The position numbers and the translations under genes are program-made. The notes under the pieces are model-generated. The model did no database searches. It saw only the letters and a program-made list of their open reading frames with translations, and had not been told where the DNA came from. Of a DNA stretch of 64,000 nt, positions 59,439 through 64,000 are shown one piece after another. The stretch is from Patescibacteria group bacterium (GTDB lineage Bacteria > Patescibacteriota > Patescibacteriia > UBA2591 > JAQUPP01), in NCBI GenBank assembly GCA_028716665.1, contig JAQUPP010000002.1, positions 267,717-331,716 on the forward strand. The letters are read 5' to 3'. Positions within the stretch are counted from its first letter, which is position 1. Each line of letters starts with the position of its first letter.

Positions 59439-59879
59439 ATGCCAACTGATAAAAAAACAATTGAATTTGAAATTGTTACTCCGGAAAGAGTGGTTTTGAA
59501 AGAAGAAGTTTTTCAAGCTACGATTCCGACTCAATCGGGCGAAATTACCATTTTGCCGGATCATATTCCGTTGGTTTCAATTTTGAATCCGGGCGTTATT
59601 GAACTCAAAAAACCGAGCGGTGAAAATGAAATTATTTCGGTTTCCGGCGGTTTTGTGGAAATCCTGAAAAATAAAATTATTATTTTGGCCGATACGGCAG
59701 AACTGGCCGTTGAACTTGACGAACAAAGGATTGAAGAAGCCAGAAAAAGAGCGGAAGAAATTAAAAAAAGCAAAGACATTGATGATGTTCAATTCGCGGA
59801 AATCAGCAGCAAGATTGAAAAACAATTGGCTCGTTCCAAGGCGGCCAAAAGATGGCGCAATTTAAAAAATATTAAATAA
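59439..59879 (+). CDS. atpC: F0F1 ATP synthase subunit epsilon
   Basis: operon position, beta-sandwich + helical hairpin size. Confidence 0.8.
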   Translation: MPTDKKTIEFEIVTPERVVLKEEVFQATIPTQSGEITILPDHIPLVSILNPGVIELKKPSGENEIISVSGGFVEILKNKIIILADTAELAVELDEQRIEEARKRAEEIKKSKDIDDVQFAEISSKIEKQLARSKAAKRWRNLKNIK

Positions 59880-59898
59880 ATCAAAGTTAAATCACTTG

Positions 59899-59944
59899 AT
59901 ACCACTTTTTCACGGCCGTGAAAAAGTGGTATTTTATTTTTTTG
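59899..59944 (+). terminator. intrinsic terminator of atp operon with CACGGCCGTG core
   Basis: ATACCACTTTTTCACGGCCGTGAAAAAGTGGTAT perfect hairpin + T-run. Confidence 0.75.
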
Positions 59945-59984
59945 CTTATCAACTTATTCGCTTATCAGCTTATTAACTGAAAAC

Positions 59985-60020
59985 GGGGTTGACATTTTTT
60001 AAAAATTTTGTTATATTTTT
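59985..60020 (+). promoter_or_regulatory. sigma70-like promoter with upstream CGGGG
   Basis: ACGGGGTTGACA-N17-TATATT, then AAGGAGG SD. Confidence 0.5.
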
Positions 60021-60037
60021 TTTAAAAGGAGGAAATC

Positions 60038-60328
60038 ATGAGCAAAAAAAATAATATCGATAAGTTCGTTAAAGAAGTCGGGAATACGATAAAAATACTG
60101 ATGACTCGGTGCGAAAAAGCAGGAATGAAGAAAAAGACTATTCAAAAATTTTTTGCCGGGGAAGAAGTTATAAACTGCCCTCATTGCAAGACCATGAATA
60201 TGGTTGAATCGCATTATGACAAAAAAGAAGAATGGTCAATGTATAAATGTTTGGCCTGCAAAAAAACACTTCTTAAAGATTGGAAAAAAATCTCGCCTAT
60301 TATTGTCAAGAAAGGAGGTGAAAAATGA
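60038..60328 (+). CDS. zinc-ribbon protein
   Basis: CPHC ... CLAC; overlaps next gene by 4 nt. Confidence 0.45.
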   Translation: MSKKNNIDKFVKEVGNTIKILMTRCEKAGMKKKTIQKFFAGEEVINCPHCKTMNMVESHYDKKEEWSMYKCLACKKTLLKDWKKISPIIVKKGGEK

Positions 60329-60675
60329 AAGCAGAAAAATGTTCATCGTTTTATCGGGAAAATCAAAAATTAATTGATTTACAGGATAAAATCAATGAGC
60401 AATCTAAAAAAGTGAATGAATTACAGGCGAAAAAAAGCGAGTTGCTGAAAAAAAAGGCTGAAAAATTCAGGGAATTCGCGGGAAAACGGGTTGAAATATG
60501 CTGGAATGAAGGTGACTGGAAAGGTAAAATCAGGTGTACTTTAAGTGAAGTCGTAGAACCTCATGAATTCAGCTTGATATGCAAGATGAATTCTAATAAA
60601 ACCGTACAGTTCCTACGCGGTCCTTACAGACAGATGTTCTTTATAGAAAATATTACAAGGATAAAGGAAGTTTAA
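60325..60675 (+). CDS. hypothetical protein, paralog of 52548..52898
   Basis: KRVEICWNEGDWKGKIRCTL core; identical downstream terminator. Confidence 0.5.
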   Translation: MKAEKCSSFYRENQKLIDLQDKINEQSKKVNELQAKKSELLKKKAEKFREFAGKRVEICWNEGDWKGKIRCTLSEVVEPHEFSLICKMNSNKTVQFLRGPYRQMFFIENITRIKEV

Positions 60676-60682
60676 TTTAAAG

Positions 60683-60722
60683 GGTCCGCAATAATTCGCG
60701 GGCCTTTTCTTATTGATTTTTT
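60683..60722 (+). terminator. intrinsic terminator (copy 2)
   Basis: identical to 52908-52948. Confidence 0.65.
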
Positions 60723-60747
60723 AGCCGAGATTGATATAATTAAAAAT

Positions 60748-62487
60748 ATGAATTCAATAAATAATCCTGAATTAAAACAAAACATTCCTGTTCAAGAAAA
60801 AATAAAAAAACTGCCAAAAGAAATAGAGAGAAAATTTTTTATTTCATCTCTTCCTGAAAATTTGGAAGATTTTCCACACGAAGAAGTAATGCAAGGATAT
60901 ATCGCGCTTGCCGAAGACGGAACCGAAATACGACTGAGAAAAAGAGGAGATAAATATTTTCAAACCGTTAAAAACGGCGCGGGCAAGATCAGAACGGAAT
61001 TGGAAATTGAAATTACCGAAGAACAATTTAACGCGCTCTGGATTACGACCGAAGGCAAAAGATTGGAAAAAATAAGATATAAGATACCTTATGAAGCAGG
61101 TGTTATTGAGCTTGATGTTTATCAAGGCAATTTAAAGGGATTGGTCACTGCAGAAATGGAATTTAAATCAGAAAAAGACAGTGATAAATTCATTCCGCCT
61201 CAATGGTTTGGCGAAGAAGCGACGAATAATGAAAAATATAAAAATCAATATTTGGCGATTCATGGACTTCCTGAAAATAAAAAAATATTGCAGGAAACAA
61301 AAGAGGTCTCAAATATTCCTGAATACGACTTGGAGCAAGGAGTTGGAAAACTTTCTTCTCTGATTAATGAAAAATTATCCCAGCAAACAAATCCGGTTAT
61401 AGTTGAAATTGCCGGCGGTTCCGCTTCTGGAAAAACAAGCGCGGTGGCAAAAAAAGTTAAAGAACTTTTTGACGACAAGGCGCTGATTTTTTCAATGGAT
61501 GATTATTATCGCGGCAAAAAATTCATGGATAAAGAAGCTGAAAAAGGAAATATTTTAAATTGGGACCAACCCGAGGCTTTAAACCTTGAATTGCTTAAAG
61601 AACATTTGCAAAAATTAGAACAAGGAAAATCAATTCAAAAACCGATTTACAATTTTAAAGAAGCCGAATCAACAGGAACGGAAGAAGTACAACCCAATAA
61701 AGTGGTTATCGTTGAAGGATTATTCGCACTTAATGAATCAATAGCGCCGGAAGGCGACATTAAAGCTTTTGTTGATATCGGAACTCATGGCAGAATTTTA
61801 AGAAGACTTTTGCGAGATGTGGAAAGAACGGGTCAAAAACCGATTGATATTTTAAAATATTTTTCAGAAGTGGTGGAACCGATGCACGAAAAACATATTC
61901 AAAATACCAAGAAAAACGCGGATATTATAATAAAAAACGAATATAGTCCCAAAATAGAAGCGCAAAAATCCGGTTTGCACGAGATTCAATTGAAATTCAG
62001 CGCTGAGATTGATCCTGAATTTTTGCGTAAAATGGGCGCGGAACGGCTGGGATCCACTACGCAAACAGATTATTATTATAATCCCAAAGATAGAAATTTA
62101 ATTGAAACTGACGAAGTTTTAAGAATTCGGGATGAAGGCGAATATAAAATTCTCACTTATAAAGGGCCAAGAATTGAATCTGATTTCAGAGAGAGGCCAA
62201 AATTTGAATTTGAAATAGATGCTGAAACGGAGAAAAAATTCTTATCGGTTTATGGAGATAAAATAAAAACAATTAAAAAAGAAAGAGTTTTATATCAACT
62301 CGGTGGTGTGATTTTTTCAGTTGATTCAGTCGCGAAAATAGAAGACGGTAAAAAAATAAATTTGGGAAAATTTGTGGAAATCAGGTCAACGGACAAAGAA
62401 ACAAATGAAAAAGAAATAAAAGAGACCATATCAAAACTGGGATTTTCATTGGACGACAGTATTAAAAAATCTTATTTTGAAATGTAA
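60748..62487 (+). CDS. CYTH - uridine kinase/PRK-like P-loop kinase - CYTH tri-domain protein
   Basis: N-terminal IERKFFIS CYTH signature; central AGGSASGKTS Walker A with DDYY; C-terminal second CYTH-like region. Confidence 0.55.
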   Translation: MNSINNPELKQNIPVQEKIKKLPKEIERKFFISSLPENLEDFPHEEVMQGYIALAEDGTEIRLRKRGDKYFQTVKNGAGKIRTELEIEITEEQFNALWITTEGKRLEKIRYKIPYEAGVIELDVYQGNLKGLVTAEMEFKSEKDSDKFIPPQWFGEEATNNEKYKNQYLAIHGLPENKKILQETKEVSNIPEYDLEQGVGKLSSLINEKLSQQTNPVIVEIAGGSASGKTSAVAKKVKELFDDKALIFSMDDYYRGKKFMDKEAEKGNILNWDQPEALNLELLKEHLQKLEQGKSIQKPIYNFKEAESTGTEEVQPNKVVIVEGLFALNESIAPEGDIKAFVDIGTHGRILRRLLRDVERTGQKPIDILKYFSEVVEPMHEKHIQNTKKNADIIIKNEYSPKIEAQKSGLHEIQLKFSAEIDPEFLRKMGAERLGSTTQTDYYYNPKDRNLIETDEVLRIRDEGEYKILTYKGPRIESDFRERPKFEFEIDAETEKKFLSVYGDKIKTIKKERVLYQLGGVIFSVDSVAKIEDGKKINLGKFVEIRSTDKETNEKEIKETISKLGFSLDDSIKKSYFEM

Positions 62488-62570
62488 TAATATTCGCAGT
62501 AAAATTTTCCACAGGCCAGCCATTGCATTTAATTTTTTTTTATTTTACAATTAACTTACAATTTAATTTA

Positions 62571-62737
62571 GTTTATCAAGAGAGGCGCGGAGTTTCCGAG
62601 TAAAATCGGAATGCGGGAACAAAACCCGATGATGCGTCCGGCAACCCCGGAGACAATAATCCCGGAAGGTGCTAAAGAACCCGAAAGGGAAGATAATAGT
62701 CCAAATCTTTCATTCTTTCGGGAATGAATTTTTTTAA
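62571..62737 (+). promoter_or_regulatory. SAM-I (S-box) riboswitch with intrinsic terminator expression platform
   Basis: UUAUCAAGAGAGGCG...GAUGA...GGCAACC...GGUGCUAAA core; terminator TTCATTC-TTTCGG-GAATGAA + T7; metK directly downstream. Confidence 0.8.
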
Positions 62738-62754
62738 TTATTAAATAAAAATGT

Positions 62755-63738
62755 ATGATGCAAAAAATTAAAACAGCCGAGAGCGTCGCCATCGGCCATC
62801 CGGATAAAATCTGTGATCAAATCAGCGACGCAATTTTAGACGCATGTTTAAAAGTTGACCCTAATTCGCGCGTGGCGATAGAAACCATGGGTGGACATGG
62901 TTGTGTTTATGTAATGGGCGAAATAACCAGTCATGCCAATCCGAATTACGTTTTAATCGCGAAAAAAGTTTATAAAGATTGCGGATACAAAGACAAAGTT
63001 AAAGTTTTTGTTAATGTGGCAAAACAATCGCCGCAAATAAAAGCCGGAGTTGATATTGGTGGCGCGGGTGATCAGGGAATAATGGTCGGTTACGCCTGCG
63101 ATGAAACAAAAGAAATGATTCCTTCGGAAGTTTTAATGTCTCGTCAATTGACAAAAGCAATGGGCGCGCGCGACGGTAAAAGCCAAGTAACGCTCAATGG
63201 TAAAAAAATAGAAAAAATTATTACCAGTGTTTGCGGTGAAAATTACCCAAAAAAATTAATTGATTTATTAACAAAATGGGGGATAAAAAACAATGATAAA
63301 CGTTGGCTTAAAAATCCTGCCGGAAAATGGACGTTTGGCGGATTTAAGGCTGATACCGGATTAACCGGCCGAAAATTAATTGTTGATAATTACGGACCGA
63401 ATATTTCAATCGGCGGCGGAAGTTTTTCGGGTAAAGACGCCACAAAAGTTGACAGATCGGCCGCCTATATGGCGCGCAAAGTAGCCGTGGACTTGCTTAA
63501 AAAATACAAAGCTCAAGAAGTTTTTGTGAAATTGGCTTATGCGATCGGAGTGGCAAAACCGGTTATGGCAACCGCGGAATTGAATTTTAAAAATAAACCG
63601 ACAAAATTCATATCGCACATTGAAGGATATAATTTAACGCCGGCGGAAATTATCAAATATTTGGATTTGCAAAAACCGATTTTCAGAGAAACCGCCAAAT
63701 ACGGACATTTTGGCAATGGGTTTAAATGGGATATTTAA
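62755..63738 (+). CDS. metK: S-adenosylmethionine synthetase (short form)
   Basis: GHPDKICDQISDAILDA, GAGDQGIMVGYA, GGGSFSGKD motifs. Confidence 0.85.
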   Translation: MMQKIKTAESVAIGHPDKICDQISDAILDACLKVDPNSRVAIETMGGHGCVYVMGEITSHANPNYVLIAKKVYKDCGYKDKVKVFVNVAKQSPQIKAGVDIGGAGDQGIMVGYACDETKEMIPSEVLMSRQLTKAMGARDGKSQVTLNGKKIEKIITSVCGENYPKKLIDLLTKWGIKNNDKRWLKNPAGKWTFGGFKADTGLTGRKLIVDNYGPNISIGGGSFSGKDATKVDRSAAYMARKVAVDLLKKYKAQEVFVKLAYAIGVAKPVMATAELNFKNKPTKFISHIEGYNLTPAEIIKYLDLQKPIFRETAKYGHFGNGFKWDI

Positions 63739-63796
63739 TCTTGATTAAAAGATGTTTTTTTGCTACACTTAATTTATAATAATAAAATAAAATAAT

Positions 63797-64000
63797 ATGT
63801 CTGAAGAAAACATCTTAAAACAAAAATGGCCGAACAGATTGGTAATTGTGCGTCACGGCCTGTCTGTTTACAACGAAGAAAGAGAATTAATCAACCGGGG
63901 CGTTTTGAAAACTTATACCAATAAGGTGAAAAGTGTTCGCAACGCCGATGTGCATTTGTCTAAAATCGGGAAAAAACAAGCTTTCAAAACAGGACTGGGA
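63797..64000 (+). CDS. histidine phosphatase (phosphoglycerate-mutase-like) family protein, 5' partial at window edge
   Basis: LVIVRHGLSVYN (RHG catalytic motif); ORF runs off the window. Confidence 0.5.
   Translation, partial: MSEENILKQKWPNRLVIVRHGLSVYNEERELINRGVLKTYTNKVKSVRNADVHLSKIGKKQAFKTGLG

Noticed and set aside
62568-62792. 74-aa minus-strand ORF
   Set aside because: It lies antisense to the SAM-I riboswitch and the metK start; GC-rich riboswitch helices create a spurious open frame

Overview
AT-rich bacterial chromosome segment. By inference it comes from a small-genome Patescibacteria/CPR-like organism: intergenic regions are short, Shine-Dalgarno sites are strong AAGGAGG, and there are many tiny membrane proteins. 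Recognisable genes include a compact F1Fo ATP synthase operon (53.0-59.9 kb), a membrane H+-pyrophosphatase, Elp3, PolX, Lon, DnaX, TrpS, FolD/GlyA, purine salvage (MTAP-like phosphorylase, Apt) and a PyrD-PyrK fusion. There are three tRNAs (Leu-CAG, Glu-CTC, Gln-CTG), one non-canonical tRNA-like RNA, and a SAM-I riboswitch in front of a short metK. The 40.4-50.3 kb stretch is an accessory/defence island. It carries a Fic/RhuM protein, an MBL hydrolase, a Phd-RelE toxin-antitoxin pair, a DinD-like protein, a two-domain DNA methyltransferase with a putative restriction endonuclease, and a tightly packed five-gene operon: a small protein, a HEPN-like protein, a 2-TM protein, a Cas4-like PD-(D/E)xK nuclease and a Bro-N protein. 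That operon is my best candidate for an undescribed defence system. Other signals: a 76-bp direct repeat of a gene 3' end flanking the TA+DinD cassette; paralogous membrane proteins with conserved termini and variable cores; a duplicated gene-plus-terminator module flanking the ATP synthase operon; a GC-rich structured element next to folD; GC-rich palindromic in-frame insertions in folD and polX; a heptanucleotide repeat inside the phosphomannomutase gene; a recurring promoter architecture (GGGG)TTGACAAAA-N-AAATTTGCT-TAnAAT; and a TTCCAAYATCGTTCCATT motif in front of three small genes. No CRISPR array or cas genes were seen. All calls rest on motifs read by eye and would need homology searches to confirm.
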